A DNA stretch of 64,000 bases from an uncultured cyanobacterium (GTDB lineage Bacteria; Cyanobacteriota; Cyanobacteriia; Cyanobacteriales; Nostocaceae): contig OY970166.1 of NCBI GenBank assembly GCA_963706595.1, positions 4,000,001 through 4,064,000 of the forward strand, read 5' to 3'. Position 1 is the first letter of the stretch, and each line of letters opens with the position of its first letter. The position numbers and the translations under genes are program-made. Positions 43,634-52,274 of this stretch are shown here, piece after piece. Under the pieces are notes generated by a model. The model was not told where the DNA came from, did no database searches, and saw only the letters and a list, made by a program, of their open reading frames with translations.

Positions 43634-43704
43634 CAAAAGTTAGCTCACTGGTAGAGCAATCGAACAAAATCGATTTGTTACAGGTTCGATTCCTGTACTT
43701 TTTA
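43634..43704 (+). ncRNA. tRNA-like RNA with non-canonical 6-nt anticodon loop
   Basis: AAAAGT/ACTTTT acceptor, T8A9, GCTC-ACTGGTA-GAGC D arm, ATCGA-ACAAAA-TCGAT anticodon arm, ACAGG-TTCGATT-CCTGT T arm. Confidence 0.85.
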
Positions 43705-43748
43705 CCCACCCTGAAAAGGTGAAACACACTAACCTGAAAAGGTTACTA

Positions 43749-44030
43749 GAAACTCTGTAATGTAGGCTTACTAGCGCTCATCACTTGTGGTGTTCGGTAG
43801 TAGCAGTAAAGAAGCCAGCGCGAATGTTCTCTCCCTGACTTGAGTCTGTCCCTTCGGTTTTCCTATCCGGAGTTCTGGAACTGGCTAACCGAACGGCATA
43901 TTTGAGCGTTGTTGTCTGTTTCTAGATTACCCTTGGGTAGTTTAGGAATAAGTAGCAGCCTTCTTAATCCAGTTTTGGATGTGAAATTTGCCCGCAACTG
44001 AACTGTAAAAACCTACATTTGCGGAGTTTT
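43749..44030 (+). ncRNA. Putative ~280-nt multibranch structured ncRNA (RNA B)
   Basis: 18-bp end-to-end helix plus at least five internal helices; many pairs are G-U on the + strand. Confidence 0.65.
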
Positions 44031-44103
44031 AAAATTTAGTGTAGTATGTGTAGTATTGACTCAAAAGTTATCTCCTAATTAAGTTATTGGCACTAATGCC
44101 TGA

Positions 44104-44210
44104 TATAGCGGTTATCAGTTAAGTGAGATACAAGAACCCCACCCCCAACCCCCTCCGGTGCAAGCGAGGAGGAGGCTATGATCTACTTCATTGAAGTGGA
44201 TACCGCCATA
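44104..44210. mobile_element. MITE-like element (TATAGCGGT...ACCGCCATA); related inverted copy at 51056-51143
   Basis: Imperfect inverted ends; shared core aagaaccccacccc...gcaagcgagga...gctatgat. Confidence 0.65.
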
Positions 44211-44223
44211 ACTCATTTTACCT

Positions 44224-45810
44224 ATGTTTTTATTAAACTTTTTTCGTCGGCTAAAACTGCCGAAATTATCTATGAAAATTTCTTTGTGGAAAACTTTTTA
44301 TATCAAGCCTAACGAAATTGGGATTTTGTATCAACGCAGTGATTTTCATAAAATCTTACAACCTGGTACTTACAACTATTTTGGTCCGCACTGGAATGTG
44401 AAAACCTATGATCTCAATCAACCAGAGTCTCAAATTGAGAACTTGGAATTGTTGGTGCGAAATCATAGTGCAGAGTTACAGCCACATCTCTTAGTAGTTA
44501 AAACAGCATTTAATGAAGCGGCTTTAGTTCGCTGTGGTCAAAATTGGGTCAGTGTTGCGCCTAATGAATTACGAGCTTTTTGGCGTGGTTTTATTGAGGT
44601 AGAATCCCATATTTTCAACTTAGATGAAAACTTGGAATTACCTGCGGAATTTGTGCGGCAACTACGGGTAAATACCTTAAATGGCATCAAAAAATTCCAA
44701 ATTTTTGAGTACGAAATTGGTTTGCTGTACGTGCAGAATAACTTTGTGCGCCCCCTAGTAACCGGAGAGTACGCTTTTTGGGCTGTAGATAGAGATGTTT
44801 CAGTGCGGACTCTCAGCCGGATGATTCCAAATCCAGAGTTTCCCTTAGAAGATATCTTGATTTCACAACATCCCGATTTTGTCGCAGCTTATTGCAAAAC
44901 TGTCGAATTACAAAATCAACAAGTTGCGATCGCCCGCTATCAAGGTAAAGTTATTAGTATCCTCGCCCCATGTAGTCGCAAGCTGTTTTGGCGAGATGTA
45001 GAGGTAGAAGTCATTGACATCAGCACCGATGCTAAATTGTCATCTGATTTAGTTGCTGAGTTGGTTGTGGGTTTACCTGAAGCGGTAATTTTGAGCCTCA
45101 ATAGTTTACATATTGCCTACATACCCCCGCAGTATGTGGGACTGTTGTACATCAATCAAGAGTTTCAAACACAACTCCAGTCCGGGAATCATGCTTGGTG
45201 GGTGTTTGGGCGTTCTGTAAACACAGAAATCTTTGACCTCCGCCAACAAACGATGGAAGTATCCGGCCAAGATATTTTATCCAAAGATAAAGTGCCTTTG
45301 CGCCTCAACTTAACTGCTGGCTACCGCATCACCGACCCACTCACAGCCAAAAACCGTTTATCGGATTTAACTAGCTACTTATACAAAGAGTTGCAATTTG
45401 CTTTACGTGGTGCTGTAGGTGAAAAAACCCTAGATACCTTACTAGAAGACAAAGGAGCCATTGATAGCAGTATTTTTGATTACATTCACCAAAAAACCGC
45501 CGACTATGGCATAGAAATAGATTCGGTTGGAGTCAAAGATATCATTCTCCCTGGTGAGATTAAAACGATTTTAGGGAAAGTAGTAGAAGCAGAAAAAATC
45601 GCCCAAGCTAACGTCATCCGTCGTCGTGAAGAAACTGCTGCTACCCGCAGTATGTTAAATACTGCCAAAGTAATGGAAGATAACCCCGTAGCATTGCGTT
45701 TAAAGGAGTTAGAAGTATTAGAACGAATTGCTGAGAAAATTGAGAAAATCCAAGTCAATGGAAGTTTAGATAGTATTTTGACCGACTTAGTGCGGATGAA
45801 TCGCGATTAA
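44224..45810 (+). CDS. SPFH/Band-7 (slipin-like) protein with five N-terminal beta repeats and C-terminal coiled coil
   Basis: DLRQQ.MEVSGQDILSKDKV.LR.N, GVKDIILPGE, AEK.AQAN.I.RREETAATRS.LNTAK motifs. Confidence 0.9.
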   Translation: MFLLNFFRRLKLPKLSMKISLWKTFYIKPNEIGILYQRSDFHKILQPGTYNYFGPHWNVKTYDLNQPESQIENLELLVRNHSAELQPHLLVVKTAFNEAALVRCGQNWVSVAPNELRAFWRGFIEVESHIFNLDENLELPAEFVRQLRVNTLNGIKKFQIFEYEIGLLYVQNNFVRPLVTGEYAFWAVDRDVSVRTLSRMIPNPEFPLEDILISQHPDFVAAYCKTVELQNQQVAIARYQGKVISILAPCSRKLFWRDVEVEVIDISTDAKLSSDLVAELVVGLPEAVILSLNSLHIAYIPPQYVGLLYINQEFQTQLQSGNHAWWVFGRSVNTEIFDLRQQTMEVSGQDILSKDKVPLRLNLTAGYRITDPLTAKNRLSDLTSYLYKELQFALRGAVGEKTLDTLLEDKGAIDSSIFDYIHQKTADYGIEIDSVGVKDIILPGEIKTILGKVVEAEKIAQANVIRRREETAATRSMLNTAKVMEDNPVALRLKELEVLERIAEKIEKIQVNGSLDSILTDLVRMNRD

Positions 45811-45826
45811 TATCCACAACATTCAA

Positions 45827-46366
45827 CTATTCCTCTCTGCGACTCTGCGCCTCTGCGTGATACCCTTCCTGATTTGTTTCCGGGGTGTTAAACTTCACCC
45901 CTTCAAAAAAAATAGACATCCAAGGTAAAGCCGCAAGAATTCCCGCTAAAACGACTAAAAATACAGAAATTGCAAATATTTGATCACGAGGAATTTCCAG
46001 AACACCACGTAAAATTACTTCTCGCAAAGCCGAAACAATAGTAATTTCCACGGCTGCACCTACAGAAATTCTCTGTTCTTGTAAATAATCAAGTAACAAT
46101 CTAAATAACTCAACTAAAATCAAAATAAATAAGATATCAGAAGTTACTTCTCGTAAATCTAAAGGATGTAAAAACGAAGAAAACATATCTGCTAATCGAA
46201 TTAGCATCACACCAAATAATCCCAAGCACAGAGCAATAACAATGAAGTCTTGAAAAAGTTCTAAATTACTGACAATTCTCTCACGCTTAAACCAACTTTG
46301 TACTTCTATAATTACCCGCTTGGGCATAGTAACTCCAGATATTTTAGATTCCTCTCCCTTCATCAT
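45827..46366 (-). CDS. PsiE-family membrane protein
   Basis: DILFILILVELFRLL..Y, VSALREVI motifs. Confidence 0.85.
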   Translation of the reverse strand: MMKGEESKISGVTMPKRVIIEVQSWFKRERIVSNLELFQDFIVIALCLGLFGVMLIRLADMFSSFLHPLDLREVTSDILFILILVELFRLLLDYLQEQRISVGAAVEITIVSALREVILRGVLEIPRDQIFAISVFLVVLAGILAALPWMSIFFEGVKFNTPETNQEGYHAEAQSRREE

Positions 46367-46589
46367 AGGGAATTCAAAATTTTAAAAGTTATTAATAATA
46401 ACTTTTTTAGTTAAACATATAAAAATATCAAACCTAATCTCTTATACCAATTTTACGTAAGGCTGTATATAATCGTGAAATTACTTGATCAATCCATCTT
46501 TATCTGTGTTAATCTGCGTCCATCTGCGTTCAATAAAAAAAAGGTGCGTTGCGCTACGCGACAACACACCCTACAGATTTGATACTGAG

Positions 46590-49250
46590 TTAATCCAACT
46601 TACTCAAAATATGGCTGACATCAACAGCTAACTTTTTCCCTAACTTCAGCAATTGACGACATTGATTGTTGTCTTCCTTATTGCTAAAACTTGTGAGACA
46701 CAATGGCACAATTTGACTTTGCAGACAACTGAAATATAACTCTTGCGATTTGTGCAAAGAAATACCAATATTTAGCTGATAGCTAACATCAATCAACCGT
46801 TCTAAACATTGAATTTCTATGGCAAAACTACCGTTAGCATCGTGTAACAATTGCCAAAGTAATCGCATGATCAATTGCTCTAATATCTGCTTACCTTCGG
46901 GTATATTCAGCCGACAATGCAGTTGTTTAGATTCAGTCGCGATCGCCTCTAATTCTACAACATGACTTAAGCTTAACGCCGATTCAGTGATATCTTGCTC
47001 AAGCGATCGCAATGTCAGCATACAGCGCGATCCCAAAGCAATCTCGGCGGCTACCTGCAACTCTTGCGGAACCTCTAACTCATCCCGGTGAAACGCCATC
47101 AAAATACCGTAATTATTCCGATAGACTTGGCTATAAAGTTGGTCTAAACGGGTCAGTGTTTCCTGACTGAGTAACCGCATAATCCGGTGACGTTCCTCAG
47201 CAAACAAATTCTGCAAGCTGAATGTTTCCTCTTTAAATAGCTGTGTCATCACCAAGATAGTTTGAGCCGCACTCGCCTGTTCTAAAGAACTAAACAGCTT
47301 TTCTTTCAACTTACTGTAGTTACGCCGTCCCGTAAATAATTGAGTACAGCAGTGGAAATCCCAGCCACCCAAATGCAGTACGGCAAATACCAAACTCTCA
47401 CTTTCCCAGGTAATTTCCGACACTAGCTGTAAATGTCCAACCGCCAGCGTCAATGATCCCATGCGTTGCAGTTGGTAATCTATCTCATTGACGGTGTAAC
47501 AATAAACACGCTTGTGGTCAGGATGAGGATATTTAGCTTTTCCAGGATGAGGATTGGGCTTCTCTGTAGATTTATGATTACCAAACAGAGAAGTAATGGC
47601 ATAGTGGGCAGCTACTTGCTTTACACTAACTTGGGCAGTTTGCACCAGTTGGCGATAAACTTCCCCACCATGTTTGAAACTATCCACATTACTGGGGGCT
47701 AATCCCAAGCGTTTGAGGAAATTCTTTTCCAACTGCACACCAGCCACATCTCCAGCTAATTCCAAAGCACGGGAAGCATAGCGGAGAATTTGCGTACCTT
47801 CTGGGCGAGAAATTTCTTCAAAAAACCAGCCGCAACTGGTGAACATCAGCAAAGCATGACGCTGCATTTCTAACAGCCGCAAAGCATCTACTTGTTCGGC
47901 TGCGGTGAGTTTATGGGTTTGATGGCGAGACAGGAAGGAGTTAACATTAGCAGGAGAGCGATCGCGCATCACTTGAATATATTCATCTCGTGCTAACCAG
48001 GGATCATTAAATAGCAACCCAGCATTTTCTTCATACACCAAAATCAGCTGATCCCGCAGCCAATTTAAAGCATCTCGCAGAGGTCGCCGCCATTTTTGAT
48101 GCCAAACCCCACCTTCACCACCACAACCACAGTCATCTTGCCATCTATCAACACCGTGGGCGCAACTCCAAGCCGTGGCGGGTTTAATTTCAGCTTCCCA
48201 AGTGGGAGTATTCAGGCTGAGATAGTGAGCAAAATTTGTCACCGTCCAACCTTGTTTAGGAAACTCACCAATAAAAGCGTAGGCTAAAGTTTTCTCGGTT
48301 CCCTTCTTATGGTGTCCGAAAGTTTCCCCATCTGTAGCCACAGAAATTAACTGGGCTGGGCGGTGATCCCCACGTACCGCCGAACCGATGCGGCCAGCAA
48401 AGTGACTGGAATTATAGACCACATCACTAAAACCCATATCCCGTGAAATGGGACCATCGTAGAAGAAAACATCAATGTAAGGGCGGGTATCAGTGCCGTT
48501 ACTTTCTTTGAGATAACAGCGATAAGGACGGGTAGGATCAATTTGACTACCGCCAACTTCTTGCCATTCCGGGTGGGGATCATTCTCCGTTGGTAGGGGA
48601 CGGCAACGCTGCGCCTGAGATGGTGCAAGGATAATGAAGCGAATCCCTTCAGCAACCAAAGCTTCTAAAGTGGGGTAGTCTACACCCGTTTCCGCTAACC
48701 ACATACCTTCGGGATCACGCCCAAACCGAGAGCGAAAATCTGCTTTACCCCAGCGAATTTGGGTGTATTTATCCCGTTCATTGGCCAGAGGCATAATTAT
48801 GTGATTGTATACCTGCGCGATCGCATTCCCATGACCATGTAAGCGCTGACAACTCTTGATGTCTGCCTCCAAAATGCGCTGATACACCTCAAAATCGTAG
48901 CGTTCTAGCCACGACATCAGCGTTGGCCCCATATTAAAGCTGAAATATTCGTAATTATTCACAATTTCTACCACTTCACCTTGGTCATTGCAGACCCTGG
49001 CAAAAGCGTTGGGGCGATAGCATTCCCAGTGAATGCGTTCATTCCAATCATGGAAAGGTGCAGCACTGGGTTGACGTTCAATCGCGTCTAAATAAGGGTT
49101 TTCCCGTGGTGGCTGGTAAAAATGACCATGCACTGTGACATAAACACCAGTCGCCTGCTTCAGGGGATCAGTCTGGTGAGTATCGTGGGGAGTTGAATGT
49201 GATGTCAAACTTGTGCCAGGGCTAACTGGCCTTTCAGCAGCAGAAGTCAT
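46590..49250 (-). CDS. GH57-like / DUF3536 glycoside hydrolase family protein
   Basis: HGHFYQPPRENP, GMWLAET, ATDGETFGHH, MFTSCGWFF motifs. Confidence 0.88.
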   Translation of the reverse strand: MTSAAERPVSPGTSLTSHSTPHDTHQTDPLKQATGVYVTVHGHFYQPPRENPYLDAIERQPSAAPFHDWNERIHWECYRPNAFARVCNDQGEVVEIVNNYEYFSFNMGPTLMSWLERYDFEVYQRILEADIKSCQRLHGHGNAIAQVYNHIIMPLANERDKYTQIRWGKADFRSRFGRDPEGMWLAETGVDYPTLEALVAEGIRFIILAPSQAQRCRPLPTENDPHPEWQEVGGSQIDPTRPYRCYLKESNGTDTRPYIDVFFYDGPISRDMGFSDVVYNSSHFAGRIGSAVRGDHRPAQLISVATDGETFGHHKKGTEKTLAYAFIGEFPKQGWTVTNFAHYLSLNTPTWEAEIKPATAWSCAHGVDRWQDDCGCGGEGGVWHQKWRRPLRDALNWLRDQLILVYEENAGLLFNDPWLARDEYIQVMRDRSPANVNSFLSRHQTHKLTAAEQVDALRLLEMQRHALLMFTSCGWFFEEISRPEGTQILRYASRALELAGDVAGVQLEKNFLKRLGLAPSNVDSFKHGGEVYRQLVQTAQVSVKQVAAHYAITSLFGNHKSTEKPNPHPGKAKYPHPDHKRVYCYTVNEIDYQLQRMGSLTLAVGHLQLVSEITWESESLVFAVLHLGGWDFHCCTQLFTGRRNYSKLKEKLFSSLEQASAAQTILVMTQLFKEETFSLQNLFAEERHRIMRLLSQETLTRLDQLYSQVYRNNYGILMAFHRDELEVPQELQVAAEIALGSRCMLTLRSLEQDITESALSLSHVVELEAIATESKQLHCRLNIPEGKQILEQLIMRLLWQLLHDANGSFAIEIQCLERLIDVSYQLNIGISLHKSQELYFSCLQSQIVPLCLTSFSNKEDNNQCRQLLKLGKKLAVDVSHILSKLD

Positions 49251-49699
49251 GTATATTTATCCAAATAAAAAACTTACATTTGCGCCGAAACCTGGGATTT
49301 AAACCTTACTACAGAGGTTTACAGACAAAATCCGGTATACAGCAAAACTATGATTATAGAATACAGTCAAATTGGCGAAAAAATTGTTTGACTAGAGCCG
49401 GAAATCTGCGTTATCGCACAGGTATGAGGTTTGTTTATGAAAATAAGGTTAGTCAAATATTTTAGAGTCTATGGATCTATTAAACCCCATATTTCGCGGA
49501 AAATCTTCGCTCTAATTGATATTTTTGCTACGAAAGTTTGCAAAAACTCCATAAATTGCAATTTTATTTTACATATCGAGTACTAATGTAGAGACAGTAT
49601 AATTTCTCAGGACACCGCAGACACTTCAGAGTATCCTAGTGTCTGTTTGCAAAATATTGCGAATTATCTGTGCATGATACTCTCACCTTAAGGTAGCAA

Positions 49700-50791
49700 A
49701 TGTCAATTAAAAATAAACTTTTTCTGGTTTTCTTACTGTTTATTCCAGTTTCCCTAGCAGCCCACTTTTTGGAGTGGGGAGACTTGATAGTTTTCATTAC
49801 AGCTGGTTTAGCAATTTTGCCCTTAGCAGCCTGGATGGGTACAGCTACAGAAGAAATAGCTGTGGTAGTTGGCCCTTCATTGGGAGGATTACTCAATGCT
49901 ACTTTTGGCAATGCCACAGAATTAATTATAGCTTTAGTTGCCCTGAATGCCGGCTTGGTGGATATAGTCAAAGCCAGTATTACAGGTTCGATTATCAGTA
50001 ACTTACTACTAGTCATGGGTTTTTCCATGCTTTTGGGCGGACTGCGTTACAAGGTACAGACATTTCAATCTGTTGTGGCGCGTGTGAATGCTTCGGCGAT
50101 GAATTTGGCTGTAATTGCCATTCTCTTACCAACGGCTGTGAATTATACTTCAGTAGGAATTAACGAAAAAGTTCTGCAAAATCTTTCTCTTGCAGTTGCT
50201 GTGGTGTTAATTCTAGTTTATGTTCTGACGCTGTTATTTTCGATGAAAACCCATGCCTATTTATATGATGTGGGTGTTGCAGAGATAGAAGAGGAAGAAA
50301 CACCTCATACCAAACCCAATATCTGGCTATGGAGTGGTGTGTTGTTAGTATGTACTCTTTTGGTGGCATTGGAATCTGAAATGTTGGTAGGTTCTTTGGA
50401 AGTAGCCACATCTCAACTCGGTTTAACATCACTATTTACAGGGGTGATTTTGGTTCCCATCGTTGGTAACGCGGCTGAACACGCTACCGCAGTCACTGTG
50501 GCTATGAAGAATAAAATGGATCTTTCGATCTCGGTCGCTGTGGGATCAAGTTTACAAATTGCCCTATTTGTTGCACCAGTTTTAGTAATAGCTGGATGGG
50601 TACTTGATAAACCAATGGATTTGGATTTTAACCCTTTTGAATTAGTAGCTGTAGCTGTATCAGTTTTAATTGCCAATAGTATTAGTTCGGATGGTGAATC
50701 TAATTGGTTAGAAGGGGTTTTACTATTAGCAGCTTATACAGTTTTGGGGTTTGCTTTCTACTTCCATCCTGTAATTGATGGTATTGGCTAG
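49700..50791 (+). CDS. Ca2+/H+ antiporter (CAX/ChaA family)
   Basis: GNATE and GNAAEH alpha repeats; acidic central loop. Confidence 0.93.
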   Translation: MSIKNKLFLVFLLFIPVSLAAHFLEWGDLIVFITAGLAILPLAAWMGTATEEIAVVVGPSLGGLLNATFGNATELIIALVALNAGLVDIVKASITGSIISNLLLVMGFSMLLGGLRYKVQTFQSVVARVNASAMNLAVIAILLPTAVNYTSVGINEKVLQNLSLAVAVVLILVYVLTLLFSMKTHAYLYDVGVAEIEEEETPHTKPNIWLWSGVLLVCTLLVALESEMLVGSLEVATSQLGLTSLFTGVILVPIVGNAAEHATAVTVAMKNKMDLSISVAVGSSLQIALFVAPVLVIAGWVLDKPMDLDFNPFELVAVAVSVLIANSISSDGESNWLEGVLLLAAYTVLGFAFYFHPVIDGIG

Positions 50792-50827
50792 TATTTTTTC
50801 CCAAAATAATTGCCGGATATATTTTAT

Positions 50828-50975
50828 GTAGAGACGGCGATTTATCGCGTCTCTCCAACTATTTGACGGCACGGGTCTCTCCAACTATTTCACGGCACGG
50901 GTCTCTCCAACTATTTCACGGCACGGGTCTCTACAACTATTTGACGGCACGGGTCTCTCCAACTATTTCACGGCA
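50828..50975. repeat. REP-like palindrome followed by 26-bp tandem repeat x~4.9
   Basis: gtctctccaactattt(g/c)acggcacgg units from 50849, with no spacers. Confidence 0.9.
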
Positions 50976-51055
50976 TGACCTCACCCTGGTTTTGCTATGC
51001 AAAACCTGTCCCTCTCCTTGGTAAGGAGAGGGAAATATGAACTCAACTGTTCACT

Positions 51056-51143
51056 TATAGCCTTTTAGGTCTATCATAGCCCCCTCCTCGCTTGCGGGGA
51101 GGGGGTGGGGTTCTTATACCTCAGCAGACTACGAAACGCTATA
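51056..51143. mobile_element. MITE-like element, inverted relative of 44104-44210
   Basis: atcatagccccctcctcgcttgc...ggggtggggttctt...cgctata. Confidence 0.6.
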
Positions 51144-51627
51144 GCAATTTTTCTGTCTTGAATAGGAATGAGGCGGTTATTTTTATTACTTGGCTGGAAT
51201 TGCCAAAATATGATTGTTGTAAAAAATATCTTGATTTGGGTTAAAAATTGTACAAATCATGGTTAGATTTATGCTTCAAAAAATGCTTACTAGCGAATAT
51301 CTGGTAAGTTTTATTACTGAATAAAATATTTTGTGAATATATTTATTTACTTTCGTTAATTACTGAGGAAGTTGATGAGACTTTGGGAGGAAGAAAGCAA
51401 ATACTAGGTTATTGTACATTTAACTAACTTAAATTTAAATATAGCAGATGCAATTAATCGCGTCTCTATAAATGGGAAGAATTAAATAAAAACTGCAATA
51501 TGAAATGGGTGATAAATAATAATTACAAATAAAAAATACCTGATTTTTAGGATGTTTTTGTATATACCATTCCAGACTCATAACACGTTTGTTTGTCAAG
51601 TTAGAGATTAGGTTGTTGCTAAAATGA

Positions 51628-52197
51628 ATGACGATGAGCGAAATTAGTCTGCTGATGACGAGTATATTAATCGCCAAAGGACTATCTTTACACCATAAAT
51701 TACCGAAGCAGCAACCATTGGAAATGGAAAATAGCTCGGATAACTTAACAGAAAATAATTTAACTCAATTAGTTATTAATCCTGAAATTATACCACCTGA
51801 GTTCATGGAAACAAATCACATTTCTCCAGTGGCTTTATCTGCATCTCAGCTAGATAAAGAAAAACTGTTGGATAAAATCACAAAAAGGCATTTATCTCCA
51901 GGTTGGTTAACTCTGGCTAAGAACGACAATGGGCTAATTCTCAGCGATAGTAGTATTAATATAGCAGCGCGATCGCCTAGATTTACCGGACCAGCTTTAC
52001 CGACTCTGCGTTTTGGTAATTCCGGTACTTCTGTGAGAATTTTACAACGTTTATTAGTTGCTAACGGCTATGCAATTCGAGTTGATGGGGCTTTTGGTCC
52101 CCTAACGGAAACGGCTGTGAAAGCCTTTCAAAACCAGCGTAGTGTCGGGGTTGATGGAGTCGTAGGACCAGTTACTTGGCAAATTTTAAGCATTTAG
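51628..52197 (+). CDS. Peptidoglycan-binding domain protein
   Basis: C-terminal LR.G..G.SV..LQ..L...DG.FGP.TE.AVKAFQ...DGVVGP.TW. Confidence 0.88.
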   Translation: MTMSEISLLMTSILIAKGLSLHHKLPKQQPLEMENSSDNLTENNLTQLVINPEIIPPEFMETNHISPVALSASQLDKEKLLDKITKRHLSPGWLTLAKNDNGLILSDSSINIAARSPRFTGPALPTLRFGNSGTSVRILQRLLVANGYAIRVDGAFGPLTETAVKAFQNQRSVGVDGVVGPVTWQILSI

Positions 52198-52227
52198 TCA
52201 GTTGTCAGCGTGGAAATTTGACGATAT

Positions 52228-52260
52228 AGATCCCCGACTTCTCAAAGAAGTCGGGGATCT
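52228..52260. repeat. 33-bp dispersed palindrome (copy 3 of 3), between convergent genes; possible bidirectional terminator
   Basis: Same arms as 34853 and 43146. Confidence 0.9.
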
Positions 52261-52274
52261 GGATATTACGTTTT

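Noticed and set aside
43634..43704. Canonical tRNA call
   Set aside because: The 6-nt anticodon loop lacks U33 and the first acceptor pair is mismatched, so no amino acid can be assigned.
43542..43727. 61-aa minus-strand ORF
   Set aside because: It has a non-ATG start and no recognisable motif, and lies antisense to the tRNA-like structure.
43749..44030. Known housekeeping RNA (SRP, RNase P, tmRNA, 6S), group I/II intron or HEARO/omega RNA
   Set aside because: I could not find their hallmark motifs (GTAGCAGC is present but without the SRP GGAA loop), and the neighbouring HNH is far too small for IscB. An Rfam search is still needed.
50849..50975. Possible CRISPR array
   Set aside because: Units are head-to-tail with no unique spacers, and there are no cas genes; it is a simple tandem repeat.
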